From the NCBI GenBank assembly GCA_947174495.1, contig CAMWJC010000008.1, positions 801 to 64,800 of the forward strand: DNA of 64,000 nt. The letters run 5' to 3'. The position numbers and the translations under genes are program-made. Shown here in pieces: positions 37,495 through 45,990 of this stretch. The notes beneath the pieces were generated by a model. The model worked only from the letters and a program-made list of their open reading frames with translations, searched no databases and was not told the DNA's origin. The first letter of the stretch is position 1. Each line of letters opens with the position of its first letter. Source of the DNA: an uncultured Lachnospiraceae bacterium. Its GTDB lineage: Bacteria; Bacillota; Clostridia; Lachnospirales; Lachnospiraceae.

Positions 37495-38526
37495 CTATGT
37501 TTTCTTTTTATATAATTCATCAAGCTGATGAGTAATTGTCTTTAGTGTTCCCACTACTTTATCATAATCCATTCTCTTAGGACCGATAATACCTATTGTT
37601 CCGCGCATTCCTTCACCTAATTCATAAGTTGCCGTGACTACGCTGCAATCCTTCATGGTCTGAATAGGTGTTTCATTTCCAATATAAACCTGAATACCGG
37701 TATTGCTCTCATCTGCCAGTGTATCCTGCACCAGTTCGGTAAGCATCTGCTTTTCTTCAAAGGTATTGATGATCTCGCTTGCTTTCTGCTGATCCGCCAG
37801 CTCCGGATATTTAAAAATATTGTTCGCTCCACTGGTATAGATTTCCAAATCTTCATCCGCTTTAATGGATTCGGCAATGGCATCGATCACATCTCCTACC
37901 ACCGTGCTGTGAATACCGGCCTGCTGTTTCATTGCGGAAATCATTCCAAGGTTGATCTCCTCAAGGGCTAACCCGTTTAAATGGGTATTCAACAGAATGT
38001 TCAGCTTCAGGAGGGTTTCATCATTCATCTCCTCGCTTACCGGAATGATATTGTTTTTGATCACATTGCCTTCTACCACCACCACTGCAAGTAATTGGTT
38101 GCTGTCTACTCTGGAAAGCTGTAAAAATTTGATTTTATTCGTGTGGATCGTAGGCGCCGATATCATGGTAGCATAATTCGTATTGACCGCCAGAAGCTTT
38201 GCCACCTGCTTGAGAAGATGATCCATCTTATCTTCCTTTTCAAGCATCATTTCCTTCAATTCTTCCAGTTCCTTTTCCTTCTCCTCCATCATGGTATCCA
38301 CATACAGCCGATACCCTTTATCGGAAGGAATTCGCCCTGCAGAAGTATGCGGCTGAAGGATATATCCCATCTCTTCCAAATCCGACATTTCATTCCGGAT
38401 TGTTGCGGAACTTAAGTTCAGATCTGTATACTTGGAAATGGTACGGCTCCCCACCGGTTCGCCGGTTTCCAGATAATTTCGGATAATGGCCTGCAGGATT
38501 CTTAGTTTTCTTTCAGTTAACTGCAT
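37495..38526 (-). CDS. hrcA: Heat-inducible transcription repressor HrcA (alternative starts 38532/38535)
   Basis: EPVGSRT, SSATIRNEM, QPHTSAGRIP, GIIGPKRMDY. Confidence 0.97.
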   Translation of the reverse strand: MQLTERKLRILQAIIRNYLETGEPVGSRTISKYTDLNLSSATIRNEMSDLEEMGYILQPHTSAGRIPSDKGYRLYVDTMMEEKEKELEELKEMMLEKEDKMDHLLKQVAKLLAVNTNYATMISAPTIHTNKIKFLQLSRVDSNQLLAVVVVEGNVIKNNIIPVSEEMNDETLLKLNILLNTHLNGLALEEINLGMISAMKQQAGIHSTVVGDVIDAIAESIKADEDLEIYTSGANNIFKYPELADQQKASEIINTFEEKQMLTELVQDTLADESNTGIQVYIGNETPIQTMKDCSVVTATYELGEGMRGTIGIIGPKRMDYDKVVGTLKTITHQLDELYKKKT

Positions 38527-38583
38527 TGCCATCACCTCTTTCCATGCATAATCACTGCCGCCTGTTCTTGAATTTTTGTTTTG

Positions 38584-38610
38584 TTAGCACTCAATCAAAT
38601 AGAGTGCTAA
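38584..38610. promoter_or_regulatory. CIRCE element (HrcA operator)
   Basis: Perfect TTAGCACTC-N9-GAGTGCTAA upstream of hrcA. Confidence 0.98.
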
Positions 38611-38624
38611 CATCTTCTTACCAT

Positions 38625-38653
38625 AAAATATCACTTACCCTATTCATTGTCAA
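38625..38653 (-). promoter_or_regulatory. Sigma-A promoter of the hrcA operon
   Basis: TTGACA (38648-38653) - 17 nt - TATTTT with extended -10 TG, just upstream of CIRCE. Confidence 0.75.
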
Positions 38654-38687
38654 CAGATATATGGAAAAATAATTATTAAAAAAGTCT

Positions 38688-38716
38688 AAAAAAAGAGCCG
38701 GCATGTCCGCCGGCTC
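38688..38716 (-). terminator. Intrinsic terminator of the oxidoreductase operon
   Basis: GAGCCGGC-6 nt-GCCGGCTC followed by a T-run on the minus strand. Confidence 0.82.
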
Positions 38717-38728
38717 AAAATAACGTGA

Positions 38729-39922
38729 TCACCATCTAACCTTCCATCTGTCAGAATATTCTCCCGAAAAATTTTCTCTCTTTACTTTTTTGCGAATTTC
38801 CTTCTCTTCTTTCTGCTTCTTCGTTAAAAGCTCACGAAACTCCTGTTCATCCGCCGGAAGCTGAACCCAGTCCTCCTTCCATGCTGACAAATAGGCAGCG
38901 TTACTTATCATCAAACCATAAATCCCTTCTATTCCGGGAGCAATCAGTTCCTTTCCTCTCAAAACCGCATCAGTAAAGTTCTGCAGAATCTCTAAATGAC
39001 CTCCATCCGCTTTTTCCTGCTTTATGAGATAGCTATTTATCCTTTCTTCCGGCATTCCCTCCAAAGAGGAAAAGCAGATTTCCCGTTCATCCTCCTCCAA
39101 AAGATAAAGTCTTAATTCCCCGTTTTCAACAACCGCTTTCCCCTTGGTGCCGCTAATTTCAATCCGATTTGTACCTGGATACTCCCCGGTGGAGGTAATA
39201 AAAACAGCACTGGAACCATTTTCATACTCGGCATAAATTGTTGCATCATCTTCTACCTGAATATTATGGTAATGTCCTGCATTACAAAAGGCTCTTACTC
39301 TCACCGGCATTCCCATAATCCATTGCCAGATATCCAGATTATGGGGACATTGGTTCAAAAGCACCCCGCCGCCTTCTCCGTTCCATGTTGCTCTCCAATC
39401 GCCGGAATCATAATATGCCTGTGTGCGATACCAGTTATTGATAATCCAGATAAAACGCTTGATTTCCCCCAGCACTCCCTCCTTTACCATATCACGCAGC
39501 CTTCTGTAAAGCTGATTTGTTCTCTGATTATACATAATGCCAAACACAACCCCGCTTCGCGATGCGGCATCATTCATCTCAGATACGCTGGCAACATCAA
39601 TTCCCGCCGGCTTTTCCGTCAATACATTAAGCTTTCTTTTAAAAGCCTCAATTGCAATAACCGGGTGTAATTTATGAGGTGTTGCAATAAGCACAGCATC
39701 AATTTTTTCACTGTCAAAAAGCTGCTCATAATTCTCATATCTCAGAACATGATCTCCAAAACGTTTTTCCGCCCACTCAAGGCGCTCCCTGCTATTATCG
39801 CATACTGCTGTCAGTTCCGCTCCCTTTACCTTCTTTTCAAAGATCTGTACCGCATGAGTGCCTCCCATATTTCCGATTCCGACTACTCCAACGCGCAGAA
39901 CATCTGTATATTTCTCTGCCAC
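38729..39922 (-). CDS. Gfo/Idh/MocA family NAD(P)-dependent oxidoreductase
   Basis: GVVGIGNMG, ATPHKLH, EKP, GGGVLLNQCPHNLD; GTG start. Confidence 0.92.
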   Translation of the reverse strand: MAEKYTDVLRVGVVGIGNMGGTHAVQIFEKKVKGAELTAVCDNSRERLEWAEKRFGDHVLRYENYEQLFDSEKIDAVLIATPHKLHPVIAIEAFKRKLNVLTEKPAGIDVASVSEMNDAASRSGVVFGIMYNQRTNQLYRRLRDMVKEGVLGEIKRFIWIINNWYRTQAYYDSGDWRATWNGEGGGVLLNQCPHNLDIWQWIMGMPVRVRAFCNAGHYHNIQVEDDATIYAEYENGSSAVFITSTGEYPGTNRIEISGTKGKAVVENGELRLYLLEEDEREICFSSLEGMPEERINSYLIKQEKADGGHLEILQNFTDAVLRGKELIAPGIEGIYGLMISNAAYLSAWKEDWVQLPADEQEFRELLTKKQKEEKEIRKKVKRENFSGEYSDRWKVRW

Positions 39923-39928
39923 AGGACT

Positions 39929-41014
39929 TCACCCCTTCACTTTAACTGCCTGAAGCTGTGCCCTGACACATAATTCCGCCGCCTTAAATGCATGTTCCTG
40001 AGTCATGGCATTCTCTGTCCGATTTATGCAGTCCAAAATCAATTGTCCAAAATATGGATAGCCTACCTTTCCGGACACTTCAAAATGATGTTCTCCTTCC
40101 TGATTAACCAGAAAAACATGATCGCCGCTTCCGTCACCGGTTCCGATATTCACATACTTTCTAAGCTCTATATAGCCCTCTGTCCCTAAGATAAATGTTC
40201 TTCCATCGCCCCAGGTAGAAAGCCCATCCGGAGTAAACCAATCCACTCTGAAATGCTGGGTTGTTCCATTATCGCCTACAAGAACAGCATCCCCGAAATC
40301 TTCTAATTCCGGATAATCCGGATGGTTATAATTACCCACCTGGCTATATTTTACTTCTGCGTCTTTTACACCACAATAAAATAAGAACTGTTCAATCTGA
40401 TGACTTCCAATATCGCACAAAATACCTCCGTATTTTTCTTTTTCAAAAAACCAATCCGGTCTGCCCTTGGGATTTCCGATCCGATGCGGCCCGAAACCAT
40501 CAATATGAATCGGAGTGCCGATGGCGCCGTCTTGAATAAGTTGCCCTGCAAATACTGCCGCTTCCACGTGGATACGTTCGCTGTAATACACCATGTATTT
40601 CCTGCCGGTCTTCTTTACCATCTCCTTAGCCGCATTTAACTGTTCCAGGGTGGTAAGAGGCGCTTTATCCGTAAAATAATCCTTTCCCGCTGCCATTACC
40701 CGCAGTCCCAGCTCGCACCGCTTGCTTGTAACTGCCGCGCCGCACACAAGCCTTACCTCCGGGTCACTTAAAATTTCTTCCTCGCTTCCAGCTGCCTTTG
40801 CTTCCGGAAAAGCCTTCAAAAAACTTTCCACTTTCTTTTCATCCGGATCATATACCCATTTTACCTTCGCACCTGCCTCAGAAAGCCCGTTACACATACC
40901 ATAAATATGTCCATGATCAAGCGCAATCGCCGCAATACAAAATTCCCCCGGCTTTACTACCGGCGCCGGTTTTCCTTTTGGCGCATAATTCATTCCGTCC
41001 TTTTTCTGTTCCAT
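39929..41014 (-). CDS. Gfo/Idh/MocA family oxidoreductase (divergent subtype)
   Basis: IALDHGHIYGM, DKAP in place of EKP, GGILCDIGSHQIE, RVDWFTPDGLSTWGDGR. Confidence 0.88.
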   Translation of the reverse strand: MEQKKDGMNYAPKGKPAPVVKPGEFCIAAIALDHGHIYGMCNGLSEAGAKVKWVYDPDEKKVESFLKAFPEAKAAGSEEEILSDPEVRLVCGAAVTSKRCELGLRVMAAGKDYFTDKAPLTTLEQLNAAKEMVKKTGRKYMVYYSERIHVEAAVFAGQLIQDGAIGTPIHIDGFGPHRIGNPKGRPDWFFEKEKYGGILCDIGSHQIEQFLFYCGVKDAEVKYSQVGNYNHPDYPELEDFGDAVLVGDNGTTQHFRVDWFTPDGLSTWGDGRTFILGTEGYIELRKYVNIGTGDGSGDHVFLVNQEGEHHFEVSGKVGYPYFGQLILDCINRTENAMTQEHAFKAAELCVRAQLQAVKVKG

Positions 41015-41027
41015 TTTACTTCACCTC

Positions 41028-42182
41028 CTAATATGTTCCTTCTGTTGAAAAAGTTTTTTCCTCTACAGTTTTCTTCACGCTGGTTTTTCTTTTGTCATTT
41101 AATAATGTTAAAAACAAATCTTCATCAAAGGGTATTTCAATTTCCTTACCCAGCCAATCGGAAAGATACATTGCATTTGATAATAGCAGTCCATTCAATC
41201 CTTCTCTTCCCTCGGCAACCAATTGCGTACCGTTTAAAATTCGATTGGCAAAAGCCCTCATCACTCCCACATGCTGTGGGTTTTCCCCATCTGTTTCCAC
41301 CTCGATGTACTTTCCGGCCGGCTGATCAAATCCTCCGTCTGCCGTATAACAAAATTCTCTTTCATTTACTTCCAGCTGATATACCGAAAGTTCTCCATTT
41401 TCACATACCAGTTTTCCTTTTTCAAGATCGATTTCAAACCGGTTGGTTCCCGGTGCGTCTCCGGTTGAGGTAACAAATACACCGGTTGCTCCATTTTCAA
41501 ATTCAAAATAAGCAGTAACATCATCTTCCACTTCTATATCATGCCACTTACCATAATGGCAAAACGCCCTCACCTTCACAGGAAGCCCGCATATCCATTG
41601 CAAAAGATCCAGATTATGAGGACATTGATTTAACAGCACACCTCCGCCTTCTCCCTCCCAGGTAGCACGCCAGCCGCCCGAATTATAATAAGCCTGTGTC
41701 CGGTACCAATCCGTTATAATCCAGTTTACACGTTTTATCTGTCCAAACTTGTTACTTTTTACCAGCTCATGCATTTTCCGGTATATATGATTTGTTCTCT
41801 GATTCAGCATGATTGCAAAAACTCTGTCACTCTCCCCGGCCACTCTGTTCATTTCTCTGACCTGACTTGTGTAAACACCTGCTGGCTTCTCGCACAATAC
41901 ATGCAGATTGTTCTTTAGCGCTTCAATAACGATAGGTGGATGCGCATAGTGGGGCACTGCGACCAGCACAGCATCACACTGTTTAGAACGCATTAACTCT
42001 GACGCATTGTCAAATATCCTTATCCCGGAAGGCAGCTTATCCTCTGCCCATTTTCTTCTGCATTCTCTTATGTCTGCAACCGCTGTCAACTCAAGTTCCG
42101 GCACTTCCCCCGCCAACAGCTTTTCTGCGTGTCCAGATCCCATATTCCCTATTCCTATAATACCTATTCTTACCTTATCCAT
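41028..42182 (-). CDS. Gfo/Idh/MocA family oxidoreductase, paralog of 38729-39922
   Basis: GIIGIGNMG, CEKP, WYRTQAYY.SG.WRATW.GEGGGVLLNQCPHNLD; start MDKVRI. Confidence 0.92.
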   Translation of the reverse strand: MDKVRIGIIGIGNMGSGHAEKLLAGEVPELELTAVADIRECRRKWAEDKLPSGIRIFDNASELMRSKQCDAVLVAVPHYAHPPIVIEALKNNLHVLCEKPAGVYTSQVREMNRVAGESDRVFAIMLNQRTNHIYRKMHELVKSNKFGQIKRVNWIITDWYRTQAYYNSGGWRATWEGEGGGVLLNQCPHNLDLLQWICGLPVKVRAFCHYGKWHDIEVEDDVTAYFEFENGATGVFVTSTGDAPGTNRFEIDLEKGKLVCENGELSVYQLEVNEREFCYTADGGFDQPAGKYIEVETDGENPQHVGVMRAFANRILNGTQLVAEGREGLNGLLLSNAMYLSDWLGKEIEIPFDEDLFLTLLNDKRKTSVKKTVEEKTFSTEGTY

Positions 42183-42312
42183 TTTCCTCACCTTCTCTAC
42201 TGACATATTTGATTTTATTTTACAAATTGCTTCAACATAAAGCCAGACAAATAGTGTTAAAAAAAGCAACATAGTTTACCTATATTGCTCTTAAACAGTT
42301 TATATATGAAAG

Positions 42313-43140
42313 TTATTCTATTGGAGAATCGCTCCCTCTTCTTAGCATCCTCCTGCTTTCCGATGGAGATCTTCCGGTCAGCGAACGAAATACCCTGTTA
42401 AAATGCGTAACATTTGAAAATCCTACTAGTGTACTGATCTCCGTAATACTTTTATCTGTTTCCTCAAACAACCTTTGCGCATGACTTATTCGCAAATTAT
42501 TGACATAATGAACAATGGAACAATTGGTATATTTTTTAAATTCATGACACAGATAATATCTGCTGACATAAAAGTGTCTGGAAAGTTCATCCAGAGTAAT
42601 CTTTTCTGCATAATTCTCATGCAGATATCGAATCACATTCATGATTCTGGTTTCTCCCTCTGACAACTCTGTCCAGACGGCATTTCGGGCTAGCTTAATA
42701 AGCAGCTGATTTAGCAGAAAATAGTTACACCTCGCCGAATAAGAATCCGCCTTATCCTGTTCTTTCATCATTTCCTGTAGTAGCCTGAGAATCTCTGCTC
42801 CCTCATCCTGCCTGTATACCCATGCATGTTTCGACAGCAGCGAAAAAATTTGGGAATCCGGAATCATTGCTTTGGTGAAATAAACCAGAATCCTCCTGAC
42901 CGATACATCCTTTTCACTGTAAGAATGATGCATCACATAGGGGGGAAACAAAATGCAGTCTCCCTGGTGAAGGCAGTAAACAGTATCTTCAACTACGTGA
43001 TAGCGCATTCCCATTTCCAAATAATACAGTTCAAAATGCGTGTGATAATGGGAGCTCTTCATATTATCATTAGTCATTACAGCCTGTTCTACGGCTATAC
43101 CCTCCCCATTTCCAATTGCCTCTACTGCATGATCTTCCAT
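42313..43140 (-). CDS. AraC family transcriptional regulator
   Basis: Cupin HYHTHFELYY; HTH VSRYYLCHEFKK...VGFSNVTHFNRVF; GGAGG RBS. Confidence 0.92.
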   Translation of the reverse strand: MEDHAVEAIGNGEGIAVEQAVMTNDNMKSSHYHTHFELYYLEMGMRYHVVEDTVYCLHQGDCILFPPYVMHHSYSEKDVSVRRILVYFTKAMIPDSQIFSLLSKHAWVYRQDEGAEILRLLQEMMKEQDKADSYSARCNYFLLNQLLIKLARNAVWTELSEGETRIMNVIRYLHENYAEKITLDELSRHFYVSRYYLCHEFKKYTNCSIVHYVNNLRISHAQRLFEETDKSITEISTLVGFSNVTHFNRVFRSLTGRSPSESRRMLRRGSDSPIE

Positions 43141-43225
43141 CTTATCACCTCCCATGGGCTGCTCATTAAAATTTTCTGTCCCATAACAAACGCTGTCACG
43201 CTTTGCGATCCGTCCTTATGTCAAC

Positions 43226-43252
43226 AAAAAGAGCCGGCTTGACAGCCAGCTC
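43226..43252 (-). terminator. Intrinsic terminator after the Lys/Ala-rich gene
   Basis: Minus strand GAGCTGGCT-GTCA-AGCCGGCTC-TTTTT (one G-U pair). Confidence 0.8.
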
Positions 43253-43278
43253 AAAAGTTTCCAAAAATCTGTACTTAA

Positions 43279-43698
43279 TTAAATGAAAAAGCTTCCGGTA
43301 ATATCCCCGTTGATCACATAATATGTAGTGTTCTCTTCCGGTTTCACATAAAGCTCAACACTCTTGAAATCTTCTTCTTTTCCATTCAGGTCGTATTTCC
43401 ATACATCCTTACAAATACTGAGAAGCGCATCCGGAGTATAAGATTTTCCACTGAACTGGAAATTAACAGTTTCTTTCACTTCCACCTTCTTAGCTGCTGC
43501 CTTCTTCGGCGCTGCTGCTTTCTTTGCAGGTGCTTTCTTTACTGCTGTCTTCTTTACAGCGGCTGCTTTCTTTGCAGGCGCTTTCTTTGCTTCTGCCTTA
43601 ACCTCAGGTGCTGCTTTTTCCTCTTTCTTAGCTTCAGCGGCTGCTTTCGGCTCTGCCTTAACTGCTGCCTTAGCAACTGCCTTCTTTACTTCTGCCAT
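43279..43698 (-). CDS. DUF6465-like protein with histone-H1-like Lys/Ala/Pro-rich N-terminus
   Basis: KKAPAKKAAA repeats, then ..QFSGK...LYVKPEE...YYVING C-terminal domain; GAAAGGAG RBS. Confidence 0.82.
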   Translation of the reverse strand: MAEVKKAVAKAAVKAEPKAAAEAKKEEKAAPEVKAEAKKAPAKKAAAVKKTAVKKAPAKKAAAPKKAAAKKVEVKETVNFQFSGKSYTPDALLSICKDVWKYDLNGKEEDFKSVELYVKPEENTTYYVINGDITGSFFI

Positions 43699-43806
43699 GA
43701 TAATGACTCCTTTCAATTTCCTCTTTCATAAATAAACGGTTACATCCTTATTTCTCCCCCGAAATCCCACGCTGGTAAGTATACCAACAGTGCATTTCTG
43801 GAAAAC

Positions 43807-43835
43807 AGTGTACTCTATTATTTCTTAATTGTCAA
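43807..43835 (-). promoter_or_regulatory. Sigma-A promoter of the DUF6465-like gene
   Basis: TTGACA (43830-43835) - 17 nt - TACACT (43807-43812). Confidence 0.7.
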
Positions 43836-43849
43836 CTAAACTGCTGATT

Positions 43850-44701
43850 TTATGCCGTTATTCCAAAATAGAGTAATACAAGAATGCCCAAAATGATACG
43901 ATACCATCCAAAAATCTTAAAATCATGTCTCTTAATATAACTCATTAAAAATTTAATCACGATCACGGAAACCAAAAAGGCCACTGCCATACCGGTGATC
44001 AAAATCATAATTTCGTTTCCTGTAAAGGAAAATCCGAATTTCACTATTTTAAGAAGGCTAGCTCCCAGCATAACGGGAATTGCAAGAAAAAATGTGAACT
44101 CCGCCGCTACGGTTCTGGAAACGCCGATGAGGAGTGCACCGAGAATGGTTGCACCGGAACGGGAGGTTCCCGGAAAAATTGCCGCGATAAGCTGAAACAT
44201 TCCTATGATCAGTGCCGTTTTATAAGTGATCTGGTCAAGGGCGTTGACCTTAGGCACCATATTTTTATTTCTGTTTTCAATAATAAGAAATCCAACGCCG
44301 AACACGATCAGCGCAAGCGCCACACAGACTCCATTGTAAAACAAGCTCTCAAAATACTCGTCAAACAAAAGTCCCACCACCGCTGCCGGAAGACAGGCCG
44401 CTATGATTTTAAACCATAAAATCCAGACATCCCTTTTGCACCAGGATAGCAATCCACTCTTCCCTGCCGGGTATGGATTGTGTTTTTTTCCAAAAGGCCA
44501 TATCCTCTCCCAGAAAAGGAGTACTACTGCAAGGATTGCTCCAAGCTGGATCACAACCAAAAACATTTCCCAGAATTCGGGCGAAACATTCAGCTTCACA
44601 AATTCATCCAGAAGTATCATATGTCCGGTACTGCTTATGGGAAGCCACTCCGTGATTCCCTCCACGATTCCAAACAACACTGCCTTTAAAAATTCAACCA
44701 T
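43850..44701 (-). CDS. uppP: Undecaprenyl-diphosphate phosphatase (BacA family)
   Basis: GIVEGITEWLPISSTGH, IQLGAILAV, PGTSRSGAT, FGWYRI. Confidence 0.96.
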   Translation of the reverse strand: MVEFLKAVLFGIVEGITEWLPISSTGHMILLDEFVKLNVSPEFWEMFLVVIQLGAILAVVLLFWERIWPFGKKHNPYPAGKSGLLSWCKRDVWILWFKIIAACLPAAVVGLLFDEYFESLFYNGVCVALALIVFGVGFLIIENRNKNMVPKVNALDQITYKTALIIGMFQLIAAIFPGTSRSGATILGALLIGVSRTVAAEFTFFLAIPVMLGASLLKIVKFGFSFTGNEIMILITGMAVAFLVSVIVIKFLMSYIKRHDFKIFGWYRIILGILVLLYFGITA

Positions 44702-44755
44702 CTTGCTTCCGATCCTTTCTAAAATTTCGTACCAGTTCAGCCAAGCCCATTCCGA

Positions 44756-45940
44756 TTAATAATTTTCTTTTACGAATCTCCGAAGCGGCTCTAAAGAACG
44801 CTCCACCTTTTCCGTGTCAATACAGTATGCCATACGGAAATAACCAGGCACGCCAAAGGTATCAGAGGGAACCAGTATCAGATCATATTTCAGCGCCTTT
44901 TTACAAAAAGCCACTGCATCCTCCTCCAGTGCCTTGGGGAAAATATAGAAAGTTCCTCCGGGTCGTACGCAGCTAAATCCCAAATCCGTAAGCTCTTTGT
45001 ATAAGATATTCATATTTTTTTCATAAATGCTCATATCCGAAGTCAGATCCAAGACCTCCGCTACCGCAAGCTGCATTATGGAAGGCGGACAGTTATGCCC
45101 GATTCCCCTTGAAATCTGCCCGCACATGGCGCTGATCAGCTCCGCATCGGTACAGCGGGGATTTGCCGCCACATATCCGATTCTCTCTCCCGGAAGGGAA
45201 AGAGATTTAGAATAAGAGTAACAAGATAACGTATTGTCATAAAATTTGGACACGTAAGGAGCTTCTACCCCGTCAAACACAATTTCCCTGTAAGGTTCGT
45301 CGGAAATAATAAAAATGTCATGTCCATATTCTTTCTGCTTTCTCATAAGAAGCTCTGAAAGCTTTGTAAGCGTTTCCCCGCTATATACCGCTCCCGAAGG
45401 ATTATTAGGCGTATTAATGAGAAGCGCCGCCGTTTTTTCATTCAGCATCTCCTCAAGCTTTTCAAAATTAATCTGAAAGTTTTCTGTGTCAGCTGGTACT
45501 ACCTTAAGCACTGCCCCCGACATATTAATATATAAATTGTATTCCGGAAAATACGGTGCAAAGGTCAGCACCTCGTCTCCCGGGTGGGTAATGCATCGCA
45601 CTGCATGCGCCACCGCACCTGCCGCTCCGGTGGTAGGGAAAATATGATTTCCTGTATAATCCATGCCAAATCTCCTGTTCAGAGAATCTGCAATTGCTTC
45701 TTTTACGGAAGCAATCCCCAGACTTGGACTGTACCCATGAAGTTCAATAGAGCTTTTCGTTTTTAAAAGATCAATCATCACCTCCGTAAATTTTTCCGGA
45801 ACCGGCACAGACGGATTTCCCAGGCTGTAATCAAATACATTTTCATAGCCAATCTCCTTTCCCCTTGCCGTTGCAAATTCAGATAATTCACGGATCACGG
45901 ATTTTCCTTCCAGCATTTTCTTATATTGTTCATTAATCAT
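44756..45940 (-). CDS. Class I PLP aminotransferase (aspartate aminotransferase-like)
   Basis: DYSLGNP, NTPNNPSG, SDEPYRE, SYSKSLSLPGERIGY. Confidence 0.9.
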   Translation of the reverse strand: MINEQYKKMLEGKSVIRELSEFATARGKEIGYENVFDYSLGNPSVPVPEKFTEVMIDLLKTKSSIELHGYSPSLGIASVKEAIADSLNRRFGMDYTGNHIFPTTGAAGAVAHAVRCITHPGDEVLTFAPYFPEYNLYINMSGAVLKVVPADTENFQINFEKLEEMLNEKTAALLINTPNNPSGAVYSGETLTKLSELLMRKQKEYGHDIFIISDEPYREIVFDGVEAPYVSKFYDNTLSCYSYSKSLSLPGERIGYVAANPRCTDAELISAMCGQISRGIGHNCPPSIMQLAVAEVLDLTSDMSIYEKNMNILYKELTDLGFSCVRPGGTFYIFPKALEEDAVAFCKKALKYDLILVPSDTFGVPGYFRMAYCIDTEKVERSLEPLRRFVKENY

Positions 45941-45990
45941 AGCTGTGTACTTCCTTTTCTTATATATTTAAACATAAATCGTTTTACAGA

